A stretch of DNA of 45,416 nt from Candidatus Woesearchaeota archaeon CG10_big_fil_rev_8_21_14_0_10_33_12. Its GTDB lineage: Archaea; Nanobdellota; Nanobdellia; Woesearchaeales; CG1-02-33-12. The notes below the pieces were generated by a model, which saw only the letters and a list, made by a program, of their open reading frames with translations, did not search any database and had not been told where the DNA came from. The DNA lies in assembly GCA_002762865.1 (NCBI GenBank), contig PCYE01000012.1, positions 879 through 46,294 on the forward strand, given 5' to 3'. This document shows, piece by piece, positions 27,491-36,526 of the stretch (positions are counted from its first letter, which is position 1; every line of letters begins with the position of its first letter). The position numbers were made by a program, and so were the translations under genes.

Positions 27491-27508
27491 TGTAATAAGA
27501 TTATTACA
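27491..27508. promoter_or_regulatory. Palindromic operator candidate for the MNT-HEPN operon
   Basis: TGTAATAA-GA-TTATTACA between the TATA box and the ATG at 27489. Confidence 0.6.
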
Positions 27509-27532
27509 ACTGTTATATAAATATTACGTTTT

Positions 27533-28081
27533 TTACTTTTTCTTCGCAGTCAGCTTATTGGCTACTAAACAAATGCATAATGAAGTGAATGGAATTGTGA
27601 TTAAAACACCTATTCTGACAAGGCCGCCAATGCTGTTTAGCACTGCAATCAAAATCATGAGCACTGCTGAAAAAGCAAAGTTCTTTTTTGCTATTTCATA
27701 GCTTCTCTCCAAAGAGCTGATTGCCCCTTTTTTCTCAAGTATTGCAAATACAGCTGCATACTGGAACATTACCATCAAGAGCAGTCCAGGGATTACCAAT
27801 AAAGCAAGTCCAACAGCTATTGTAAGAAAAGCCACAATAAACAATCCCCAGCTTGTAAAGAAATAATCAAAGCCCCTGAAAATATCAGAAATCTGTGCTT
27901 TCTTTCCTTTTGCTGCATTTATGCACATGAAATAAATCCCAAAAACCAAAGGAGGGATTGTAATTATAAATACCATTCCTAAAAGAGCAACCAGTGTTCC
28001 AAGAATAAGGGTCACATATTGCTTCTTGAAAATATTAAAAGATTTTGTTACAATCTCATTAATCATATCTTCCATACTCAT
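27533..28081 (-). CDS. Integral membrane protein (DUF975-like)
   Basis: Several TM helices; ISDIFRGFDYF, LLVIPG, AISSLERSY; AGGTGA SD. Confidence 0.8.
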   Translation of the reverse strand: MSMEDMINEIVTKSFNIFKKQYVTLILGTLVALLGMVFIITIPPLVFGIYFMCINAAKGKKAQISDIFRGFDYFFTSWGLFIVAFLTIAVGLALLVIPGLLLMVMFQYAAVFAILEKKGAISSLERSYEIAKKNFAFSAVLMILIAVLNSIGGLVRIGVLITIPFTSLCICLVANKLTAKKK

Positions 28082-28176
28082 ACTATCACCTAATATACAG
28101 TTGTAATATAATATTTAAATATTTATCTGAAAAACTAATCAAAACCTTTAAAAGGTCCAGCTTTCTATCCTATTTT

Positions 28177-29199
28177 ATGGTATTGTATATTTACTCAAAT
28201 GTTACTGGAAGTTTTGTTTTCAACACAGGCTTCAGGATAATTGACCAGGCTTTGTTTGACGAGAAAGATACAGTCAATAATGCAATAAAGCTAAACAATA
28301 ATGAATGGCTTGAGGAGGAAAAGGCCTTAATAAAAAAGCACGGCCATAAGATAATATTCTTAGGTAAGAAAAAAACTGAACTAAATGGAATAGAATTATC
28401 CCCTGAAGATAAATTTGAAATAATAAATGAAAGGATATCTGAAATTCCTAATTTTTACCAGCTTATGAGAAAAGCAGGAATAACAATAACAAGAAACAAA
28501 ATAAAAAACTCAGTAAAGTCTGACACACTTGTAATCCAAGCAATAAGCAATATTGACGAGCTTGATAGGGTTGCAAACACTTTAGTAAAAAGATTAAGGG
28601 AGTGGTATGAGCTTTACCTGCCAGAGTTTTCGAAACAATTAAGAAACAATGAAAAGTTTGTTGAATTAATACTTAAAAATAAGAAAAGCGAGCTTCTAAA
28701 AGAAATCAATATAAGCAGCAAGAAAAGCATGGGTGCAAACCTTGCTGAAGCTGATATAAAGCCAATAGAAGAACTGGCAAAAAGAATTTCTTCATTATAC
28801 GACCTGAGAGAATCACAGTCAGATTATCTTGAATTAATAATAAAAAAAACATACCCTAATATGTATGCAATAACTGGCTCACAGATAGGAGCAAAATTAA
28901 TCAGCTTTGCAGGAAGTTTTGAAAGGCTTGCAAAATTTCCTGCCTCAACAATACAATTGTTGGGAGCAGAAGAAGCATTGTTCAGGCATCTGAAAACCGG
29001 TGCAAAATCGCCAAAATATGGAATACTGCACGAGCATCCGCTTGTAACCCAAGCAAGAGCATCTGAAAGAGGAAAAGTAGCAAGGGCATTAGGTGATAAG
29101 ATTTCAATAGCTGTAAAAGTTGATTTTTTCAAGGGAAAATTCATTGGAGAAAAACTAAGAAATGATTTAGAGAAAAAATTCATTAAAAAGAAAAAATGA
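28177..29199 (+). CDS. nop5: Box C/D sRNP protein Nop5 (Nop56/58)
   Basis: RLREWYELYLPE, PASTIQLLGAEEALFRHL, SPKYG, RGKVARAL. Confidence 0.95.
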   Translation: MVLYIYSNVTGSFVFNTGFRIIDQALFDEKDTVNNAIKLNNNEWLEEEKALIKKHGHKIIFLGKKKTELNGIELSPEDKFEIINERISEIPNFYQLMRKAGITITRNKIKNSVKSDTLVIQAISNIDELDRVANTLVKRLREWYELYLPEFSKQLRNNEKFVELILKNKKSELLKEINISSKKSMGANLAEADIKPIEELAKRISSLYDLRESQSDYLELIIKKTYPNMYAITGSQIGAKLISFAGSFERLAKFPASTIQLLGAEEALFRHLKTGAKSPKYGILHEHPLVTQARASERGKVARALGDKISIAVKVDFFKGKFIGEKLRNDLEKKFIKKKK

Positions 29200-29873
29200 T
29201 AATGCAGCCAACAAGGTTTCATGGAATTTATGAAACCATAAAAGGAAAGAAAAGATTATTATTAACAATAAACCTCTCTCCAGGAAAAAAAGTATATGAT
29301 GAAATCTTGATAAGAGATCAGGGTGTTGAATACCGCACATGGAATCCAAAAAAAAGCAAATTAGCAGCAGCAATAATGAAAGGAGCATCCCAGATAGGGA
29401 TTAAACCCTCAAGCATAGTGCTTTACCTTGGCTGTGCATCCGGAACAACTGCATCCCATGTTTCTGATATTGTCGGAAAAAACGGCTTTGTGTTTGCGCT
29501 TGATTTTGCTCCAAGAGTAATGAGGGAAATGGTTTTTGTATGTGAAGCAAGACAGAACATAATGCCAATAATGGCAGATGCAAACAATACTGAAAGCTTT
29601 GAGAAATATATAACAATGGTTGATGTTATCTTTCAGGATATTGCTCAGAAACAGCAGGCAGAGATATTCCTTAAAAACACCAGGAAATTCCTAAAACCAG
29701 GCGGCTTTGCTCTTTTAAGTGTCAAGGCAAGAAGCATTGATGTTGCAAAAAAGCCAAAAAAGGTTTTTGAGGAAATAAGAAGAAAGCTTGAGAATGAGCT
29801 TACAATAGTTGATTACAGGACACTTGAGCCTTTTGAATTAGATCACTGCATGTTCATATGCAAAAAGAAATAA
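29196..29873 (+). CDS. flpA: Fibrillarin-like rRNA/tRNA 2'-O-methyltransferase
   Basis: YRTWNPKKSKLAAAI, VLYLGCASGTTASHVSD, KARSID, LEPFELDH. Confidence 0.97.
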   Translation: MIMQPTRFHGIYETIKGKKRLLLTINLSPGKKVYDEILIRDQGVEYRTWNPKKSKLAAAIMKGASQIGIKPSSIVLYLGCASGTTASHVSDIVGKNGFVFALDFAPRVMREMVFVCEARQNIMPIMADANNTESFEKYITMVDVIFQDIAQKQQAEIFLKNTRKFLKPGGFALLSVKARSIDVAKKPKKVFEEIRRKLENELTIVDYRTLEPFELDHCMFICKKK

Positions 29874-29898
29874 ATATCAAACCAGTATATTAAAACAA

Positions 29899-31311
29899 AT
29901 GAGCCTAAAACTGTACAATACATTAACAAGGAAAAAAGAAGAGTTCAAGGAAATAAAGAAAGGATATGTTAATATTTATAGTTGTGGTCCTACTGTCTAC
30001 AACTTTGCCCACATAGGAAACTTCAGGGCAAATATATTTGCAGATCTTATAAGAAGATACATAAAGTACAAGGGATACAAGCTAACTCATGTTATGAACA
30101 TTACTGATGTTGATGACAAGACAATAAGGGACTCAAAAAAAGAAAATCTTTCTTTAAAAGAATTCACAGAAAAATACACAAAATACTTTTTTGATGACTT
30201 AAAAACCTTAAATATAGAAAAAGTAGAGGTTTATCCAAGGGCAACAGAACATATTAAGGAAATGATTAACTTGATTAAAAAGCTTCTTGAAAAAGGCTAT
30301 GCCTATAAGGCAGATGATGCAATATATTATGACATCAAAAAATTCAAGGAGTATGGCAAGCTTTCGCATTTAAAGATAAGCGAGTTAAAAGCAGGAGCAA
30401 GAGTTTGCCAGGATGAATATGACAAAGAGCATGTAAATGATTTTGCACTATGGAAATTCTGGGACAAAGAAGATGGAGATGTTTTCTGGGAAACAGAGCT
30501 GGGAAAAGGACGCCCTGGATGGCATATTGAATGCTCTGCAATGAGCATGAAGTATTTAGGAGAGACATTTGACATTCATACAGGAGGGGTTGACTTGATA
30601 TTTCCACATCATGAGAATGAAATAGCCCAAAGTGAGGCTGCAACAGGAAAAAAGTTTGTTAATTACTGGCTGCATAACGAGCATCTGCTGGTTGACAGCA
30701 AAAAGATGAGTAAAAGCCTTGGAAACTTTTACACATTAAGGGATTTATTAAAAAAAGGATACAGCCCAAGGTCAATAAGATATGTCCTGATGGCAACCCA
30801 TTACAGGCAGAAGATGAACTTCAGCTTTGAAGGCCTGAATGCAGCAGACAACGCAATAAATCGCCTTGATGAATTCATGGCAAAACTAGATAATATTAAA
30901 GGAGACAGGCATAACCCAAAAATATCCGAACTTATTGAAAAAGTAAAAAGTGATTTTGAGGATGCAATGGATGATGACCTGAATGTTTCAATTGCTTTGT
31001 CAGTTATGTTTGATTTTATGAAGAAAATAAACACCTTCATAATGAATGATAAAATGAGCAGGAAAGATGCTGAAAAAGCAATTGCCTTAATGTATGATTT
31101 TGATTCTGTTTTTGGAATTCTAAAAAAGGAAGAAAAAAAAGAAGAGATAAACAAGGAAATAAAACAATTAATAGAAAAAAGACAGGAAGCAAGAAAAAAC
31201 AATGACTATGAGTTAGCAGACAAGATAAGAGACCAGCTAAAGGAAAAAGGCATAATTCTCAAGGACACAAAAGATGGTGTCAGATTGGAAAAAATAACTA
31301 CTTCAAAATAG
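29899..31311 (+). CDS. cysS: Cysteine--tRNA ligase
   Basis: CGPTVY, HIGN, DFALWK, GRPGWHIECS, FPHHENE, KMSKS. Confidence 0.98.
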   Translation: MSLKLYNTLTRKKEEFKEIKKGYVNIYSCGPTVYNFAHIGNFRANIFADLIRRYIKYKGYKLTHVMNITDVDDKTIRDSKKENLSLKEFTEKYTKYFFDDLKTLNIEKVEVYPRATEHIKEMINLIKKLLEKGYAYKADDAIYYDIKKFKEYGKLSHLKISELKAGARVCQDEYDKEHVNDFALWKFWDKEDGDVFWETELGKGRPGWHIECSAMSMKYLGETFDIHTGGVDLIFPHHENEIAQSEAATGKKFVNYWLHNEHLLVDSKKMSKSLGNFYTLRDLLKKGYSPRSIRYVLMATHYRQKMNFSFEGLNAADNAINRLDEFMAKLDNIKGDRHNPKISELIEKVKSDFEDAMDDDLNVSIALSVMFDFMKKINTFIMNDKMSRKDAEKAIALMYDFDSVFGILKKEEKKEEINKEIKQLIEKRQEARKNNDYELADKIRDQLKEKGIILKDTKDGVRLEKITTSK

Positions 31312-31360
31312 AAACTTTTAAATAAGGGCTATTTTAATCTTTAAATAGGAGGTAAACAAA

Positions 31361-31861
31361 ATGACAGGCAAAACAGGACAACAAACAGCAGGAACTGGAA
31401 GTAGTATATGGTATAGTATACCAAAAATCAGCAAACCTTACTTATTGGTCATAGGGGATATTTCTACAGGTGATTATAATATAATAGACTATCCCACAGA
31501 AGGAAAAGCAAGAAAAAGGCAAGAACAAGAAGAGGGGCTTGCTAAAATATTGAAAGCTATTCCTCTTGAACAGATAAGAGTAGAAGATACAAATATGTAT
31601 GAAAAAAAGGTTAGAAATAAATATAAATTAGAAAGTGCAGTTGGTTGCGCAGTTTATAGGACAGTAGATAAGGATCATGGCTTATTCACAATTCTTTCAC
31701 AAAATGATGTTTTTCTTGGCAACAATTCAAAAATACAGTTAGAAAATGCAAAGAAAAGGAAAGAGAAATACACAACAAACCTAAAGGATGAAAAAAATCC
31801 TGTTTATGGAATGTTTAGGGATGACCAGATTATAATCAGCGCTTTAATTCCAGTTGAATAA
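31361..31861 (+). CDS. Hypothetical protein
   Basis: GGAGGT SD; BRE-TATA at about 31307-31323. Confidence 0.75.
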   Translation: MTGKTGQQTAGTGSSIWYSIPKISKPYLLVIGDISTGDYNIIDYPTEGKARKRQEQEEGLAKILKAIPLEQIRVEDTNMYEKKVRNKYKLESAVGCAVYRTVDKDHGLFTILSQNDVFLGNNSKIQLENAKKRKEKYTTNLKDEKNPVYGMFRDDQIIISALIPVE

Positions 31862-31880
31862 AAATAAGAGGTAAAATAAA

Positions 31881-32303
31881 ATGGCAGTTAAAATACTAAC
31901 AGGTACACCAGGGATAGGAAGTCTAAACAGAATCAATTTAGAAATAAACACAAAGAAGTATTATCTCGATAATGTCACAAAGGACGAGATTAAAAAACTT
32001 GAAGAATTAGAGCCAGTTCCAGAACAGACAAAAATCAGGGAAGCATATTATGGCAGAGCGCAATTTGAGCCATATAAGAGTGGGCTAAATCTTATAATAG
32101 ATTACAAAGATAAGTTTGTTGATGGCATAAGTTTTGCCAGATTATCAGTTATTTTCACAAAAAAGAAGGATATTGAAGGGATAATGAATGAATTAAATGT
32201 AGATAGAGTAGAGAATTTAGCTTACAAGAAAATTTTAGCATACAGGATTGAATCAGAAGATCTTGGAAAAAAGTTAATTGCTATTTCAGCATATCCTAAA
32301 TAA
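31881..32303 (+). CDS. Hypothetical protein
   Basis: GAGGT SD; operonic with the previous ORF. Confidence 0.75.
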   Translation: MAVKILTGTPGIGSLNRINLEINTKKYYLDNVTKDEIKKLEELEPVPEQTKIREAYYGRAQFEPYKSGLNLIIDYKDKFVDGISFARLSVIFTKKKDIEGIMNELNVDRVENLAYKKILAYRIESEDLGKKLIAISAYPK

Positions 32304-32314
32304 GCAATCAGCAA

Positions 32315-34747
32315 TCACATCTCAATTCCGAGTTTAATATCTTCTTGGCATTCAATCTCTGCTTTATCGCCAAAAACAATTTCTTCTGCTTTTACTGTTT
32401 TTTTTATGTCTTTTAGCACGGAATTAAGGTCTTTCTTTGTTTTTTCATCGCACTTAATAATTAGTGTTTTAATAGGCTTGTTCAGTGAGAGGTTTTTTTC
32501 TGACTTGAACTTTCTCACAGCTGAAATAATACTGACTGCATTATCACCTGCAAGCTCTGCTTTTTCATCAGCAAGTCCTTTTTGGTATTTAGGCCAATCA
32601 GAAACATGAATGCTTTTCAAACCCTCAATCTCTGCAAAATAAAGGTGATAGATTTCTTCTGTAATATGCGGTAGTATGGGGGCCATTAACTTTAGTATTG
32701 CTAAAGTTGTATTATACAATGTATAATGTGCTGAGTCAACTGCTTCCTTGCTATAATCAGCTGAATTATATAACCTATCCTTAACAATCTCTAAATAATT
32801 ATCACAGAACTGCTGCCAGAAAAACCTTTCTGTTTCTGATTTTGTTCTTGAGAAATCATATTCTAAAAATGAATCTGTGCAGGCCTTAATAAGCTTGTTA
32901 AGCTTTGAGAATATCCATTTATCAATTATCTCAAGCTTTGTTTTCTTTGGATTATAACCTTTAAGGTTCATTATTGCAAACTTTGAAGCATTCCACATCT
33001 TTGTCATCATCTTCTTTCCAGAAACAAGCTCTTTTTCCTGGTATGGAATATCTGAGCCAAGCTTTGCAGATGCTGCCCAGAATCGCATTGCATCTGATCC
33101 GTGCTTTTCAAGAACAACCTTTGGCTCAACAATATTTCCCTTGCTCTTGCTCATCTTTTTTCCCTTTGGGTCAAGTGCATGGCCGTTTATCATCACATCT
33201 TTCCATGGCAGCTTGTCTTCATGCAAAAGCATTTTTACAACAGTGTTGAAAAGCCAGAAAGTTATTATGTCATGCCCATTGCTTCTCAAGGACATTGGAA
33301 TCATCTTATTAAAGAATTTATCATCTTCTTTCCACTTTGTTGCAATCATCGGGCTTAAGCTTGAGGTTGCCCATGTGTCAAATACATCCTTCTCAGGAAT
33401 TAATTTATCACAGCCGCATTTTGGGCATTTATTTACAGGCGGCTTGTCTGTTGTAGGATCAACAGGCAAATTTTCCTCTTTTGCAAGAATTACTTCATCA
33501 CATTTTTCGCAATACCAGACCGGAATTGGAACACCATAAAAGCGCTGCCTTGAAAGGCACCAGTCCCATTGCAGTCCATTTACCCAGTTATCATATCTGA
33601 CCTTCATATGCTTTGGATACCAGTTTAGTTTGTTTCCAGCTTCCAAAAGCTTGTCTTTTATATCAAGATATTTCAAAAACCATTGCTTTGTAACCAGGAA
33701 CTCGACCTCTGTTCCGCAGCGCTCATGAACATTAAGTGTGTGGGTTATCTGCTCCTGCTTTACCATAAAGTTATTTGATTTTAAATCCTCAATTATTTCT
33801 TTTCTTGCGTCATTAATTTTAAGCCCTTTATATTTTCCCGCAAGTCCATTCATAACTCCATCAATAGTTATGCTTATTTTCAAAGGCAGATTATAAGCGC
33901 TCCACCATTCAATATCAACCAAATCACCAAATGTACAGCACATAACTATTCCAGTTCCTTTCTCAGGGTCTGCTCTTTTATCTCTCTTTATTGGAACCTT
34001 ATAATCAAATAAAGGAACAACTGCATTTTTTCCTATCAAGCCCTTATATCTTTTATCATCTGGATTTACAAAAACAGCTACGCATGATGGCAATAGCTCT
34101 GGCCTTGTTGTTGCTATTTCTAATTTCTTGTTAGAATTTTCAAGCCCAAACAGGATATGATTAAAAAAGCTTGTCTCTTCTTTATCTTCTAATTCAACCT
34201 GTGCAATTGCTGTCTGGCACTTTGGGCACCATATTGTCGGGGCCTCCTTTCTGTACTCGCGCCCTTTTCTGTATAAATCTAAAAATGACCTTTGGGATGT
34301 CTTTCTGCACCATTCGTCAATTGTCCTGTAATTAATGGACCAGTCTGGCGATATTCCTAATGATGACCAGTCTTTTTTAAGCTCTTTTTCAGCCTCCTTT
34401 GTTTCATTAAGGCATATCTTTATGAATTCAGGCCTTGGAATATCCCTTGCTCTTATGTTGCATTTTTTCTCAACAAAACGTTCTGTTGCAAGCCCATTGT
34501 CATCAAAACCGAATGGATAAAATATATTTTTTCCAAGCATTCTCTGAAATCTCATAACATAGTCTGCCTGTGAGTATGCCATTGCATGGCCTATGTGCAT
34601 CTTTCCTGAAACAGTCGGAGGTGGAGTGTCGCATGAAAACGGTTCTTTCTTTGACTTAGGGTCAAATCTGTAAATTCCCTGTTTTTCCCAATAGGCCTGC
34701 CATTTCTTTTCTGCTTCTTTTGGCTCATAATGCTTTGATAGTTCCAT
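32315..34747 (-). CDS. valS: Valine--tRNA ligase, archaeal type
   Basis: DTPPPTVSG, HIGH, ATTRPEL, WDWCLSRQR, DVFDTW, KMSKS. Confidence 0.97.
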   Translation of the reverse strand: MELSKHYEPKEAEKKWQAYWEKQGIYRFDPKSKKEPFSCDTPPPTVSGKMHIGHAMAYSQADYVMRFQRMLGKNIFYPFGFDDNGLATERFVEKKCNIRARDIPRPEFIKICLNETKEAEKELKKDWSSLGISPDWSINYRTIDEWCRKTSQRSFLDLYRKGREYRKEAPTIWCPKCQTAIAQVELEDKEETSFFNHILFGLENSNKKLEIATTRPELLPSCVAVFVNPDDKRYKGLIGKNAVVPLFDYKVPIKRDKRADPEKGTGIVMCCTFGDLVDIEWWSAYNLPLKISITIDGVMNGLAGKYKGLKINDARKEIIEDLKSNNFMVKQEQITHTLNVHERCGTEVEFLVTKQWFLKYLDIKDKLLEAGNKLNWYPKHMKVRYDNWVNGLQWDWCLSRQRFYGVPIPVWYCEKCDEVILAKEENLPVDPTTDKPPVNKCPKCGCDKLIPEKDVFDTWATSSLSPMIATKWKEDDKFFNKMIPMSLRSNGHDIITFWLFNTVVKMLLHEDKLPWKDVMINGHALDPKGKKMSKSKGNIVEPKVVLEKHGSDAMRFWAASAKLGSDIPYQEKELVSGKKMMTKMWNASKFAIMNLKGYNPKKTKLEIIDKWIFSKLNKLIKACTDSFLEYDFSRTKSETERFFWQQFCDNYLEIVKDRLYNSADYSKEAVDSAHYTLYNTTLAILKLMAPILPHITEEIYHLYFAEIEGLKSIHVSDWPKYQKGLADEKAELAGDNAVSIISAVRKFKSEKNLSLNKPIKTLIIKCDEKTKKDLNSVLKDIKKTVKAEEIVFGDKAEIECQEDIKLGIEM

Positions 34748-34808
34748 TTTACTAAGAACAGGTGGCTTATTATATAAAGTTTTTGCTGAAAATCAGGTTA
34801 AAATGCAA

Positions 34809-35693
34809 TTAGATTATTAAGATTACACCAACAAACATCAAAGTTATAGCAATCAGTTTTAGCAGTATAGCTGACTTTCCAATTTCTTCCTTTAGTATTT
34901 TTGGATAAAAAACACTTAAAATTACAGCAATTAATAAAACAAAAAATGGCTGGACTGAGGATAGGGCATTTACCAAAGTTATATATCCCTTTGTCATTGC
35001 AATTGTAATCAGTATAACAGCAAACAAGGCAAGTATTTCATTTAAAGATATTAAAATAACTGTTTTTTTGCCATGCTCCCTTACTGCAAGTATTAAATCC
35101 TTAAAACTAAAGCAGAATGTTGGAATTAAAGCAAAAAATGCTCCAATCCGAATATATGAAAATATAGTCCAGAAATCAACAAAATTAAGAAGATATTTTG
35201 TTATAACTGCATTTATAGAGAATACTAAGGAAGCAAGAACCATAAACCAAAAAGCTTTTCCAAAACCAAATTTTATGAAATTTTTTGAAGAGATAGAAAC
35301 TGCACCAATTATCAATAAAAATATGCCTAAATATTTTATAGGTGTAAAAATTTCTCCCAGGAATATTGCTGCAAGAATTGAAACAAATAATGAACTTAAA
35401 TAAAGTAAAGGAATAACCCGTGAAATTTCCTCTATTTTTACTGCTTTGAAATAAAAAAGAATTCCTATAACATATAAAATTCCAGCAACAAAAGCCAAGG
35501 CAATATTAAAATAAGACAGATAGGAAAAGCCGTGAAACAAATGCACAAAAAAACTTGCAATTAATCCAATTATACCAAGAATCATAAGGGGAACAACAGG
35601 TTTTTTAACCAGTTTTGTAAGAACATATTTATCTACTGTATTTACGATCGCCCATACTGCGGCTGATAAAATTGAAAATAATATCCATGACAT
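34809..35693 (-). CDS. EamA/DMT family transporter
   Basis: About 10 TM helices in two repeats; FLGE and QPFFVL motifs. Confidence 0.9.
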   Translation of the reverse strand: MSWILFSILSAAVWAIVNTVDKYVLTKLVKKPVVPLMILGIIGLIASFFVHLFHGFSYLSYFNIALAFVAGILYVIGILFYFKAVKIEEISRVIPLLYLSSLFVSILAAIFLGEIFTPIKYLGIFLLIIGAVSISSKNFIKFGFGKAFWFMVLASLVFSINAVITKYLLNFVDFWTIFSYIRIGAFFALIPTFCFSFKDLILAVREHGKKTVILISLNEILALFAVILITIAMTKGYITLVNALSSVQPFFVLLIAVILSVFYPKILKEEIGKSAILLKLIAITLMFVGVILII

Positions 35694-35737
35694 ACTAATC
35701 AGTTAAGGGGTATACTTAATAAATTTTCCTAAAACAT

Positions 35738-35792
35738 GGTGTTGGTTAATCTTCGGTTGGTAAATAAGGGCTGTTAAGAATCGGTTGATAAA
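35738..35792 (+). repeat. Left terminal inverted repeat
   Basis: GGTGTTGGTTAATCTTCGGTTGGTAAATAAGGGCTGTTAAGAATCGGTTGATAAA. Confidence 0.85.
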
Positions 35793-35841
35793 AAAATTAA
35801 ATAAGAAAAGATTTATAACTTCAAGTATATTTTATAATAGT

Positions 35842-35994
35842 ATGGGAGTAGAACACGAATCTGCTAAAAGAATCTTAACTAACGAAAAATGTCCTAAATG
35901 TGGAAGTAGACTGTATAAATCACGATTTTACAAAGCGACAATTATTGAGTGTAGTAAATCTACTTGTGGATATGAAAAAACGTTAAAATTTTAA
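35842..35994 (+). CDS. 50-aa zinc-ribbon protein
   Basis: CPKCGSRL...CSKSTCGY; TATA-like TTTATAA about 25 nt upstream of ATG 35842. Confidence 0.7.
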   Translation: MGVEHESAKRILTNEKCPKCGSRLYKSRFYKATIIECSKSTCGYEKTLKF

Positions 35995-36245
35995 TTTTGG
36001 ACTGCTTTTTGCAGTAAGTCTTTCCATAAATCACTTTCTTGAATTTTTGCTCTTTGTGCTGGTGTCATCTTTAATTCTTGATGTTGCCTTACAAAATTGT
36101 AATAAGTCTTAAAGTTCTCTGCATACTGTTTTTGATTTCCCTTAAATCCCCTCATAGTCTTATCCTTTTGCCTAAAGCTTTCATAGAAGCGTTCTATTAC
36201 ACTATTGTTGCTATCATGCTGTCTTAAACTGACATACTTATAATG
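35991..36245 (-). pseudogene. C-terminal fragment of a DDE (IS6-like) transposase
   Basis: NNSVIERF...RQKDKTMRGFK...YYNFVRQHQELKMTPAQRA; the N-terminal and D-D regions are absent. Confidence 0.85.
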
Positions 36246-36340
36246 AGGATTGGGATTTTTTAAAACGAAAGATTTATAAGTAGCATACTTATAAGCTTTA
36301 AAGTAATATACTTTTATGAATAAAAATAGCATACTTATAA
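36233..36340 (+). promoter_or_regulatory. Repeated CATACTTATAA boxes (candidate operators)
   Basis: CATACTTATAA at 36233, 36284 and 36330; the last two extend to TAGCATACTTATAA (36281-36294, 36327-36340). Confidence 0.55.
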
Positions 36341-36341
36341 A

Positions 36342-36512
36342 ATGCCATCTGACAAACGAATTGCAGGTTATCTTTCTGAAGAAGATTATGGATTATTCAA
36401 AACCGCACTCAAAAAATATGATGTTGGAGAATCAGGATTGATTCAAGAAATTGTTCACGCTTGGCTGTTTGCCAATAAACTACAGCTCAATCAAAAAAAT
36501 AAAAAAGTCTAA
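36342..36512 (+). CDS. 56-aa ribbon-helix-helix-like regulator MPSDKRIAGYLSEEDYGLFKTALKKYDVGESGLIQEIVHAWLFANKLQLNQKNKKV
   Basis: Beta-strand/helix/helix pattern; ends 14 nt before the methyltransferase; not in the ORF track. Confidence 0.7.
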   Translation: MPSDKRIAGYLSEEDYGLFKTALKKYDVGESGLIQEIVHAWLFANKLQLNQKNKKV

Positions 36513-36526
36513 ACAAAAGGATTACT

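Noticed and set aside
36246-36332. N-terminal 29 codons of ORF 35991..36332
   Set aside because: AT-rich promoter/operator DNA with no transposase similarity
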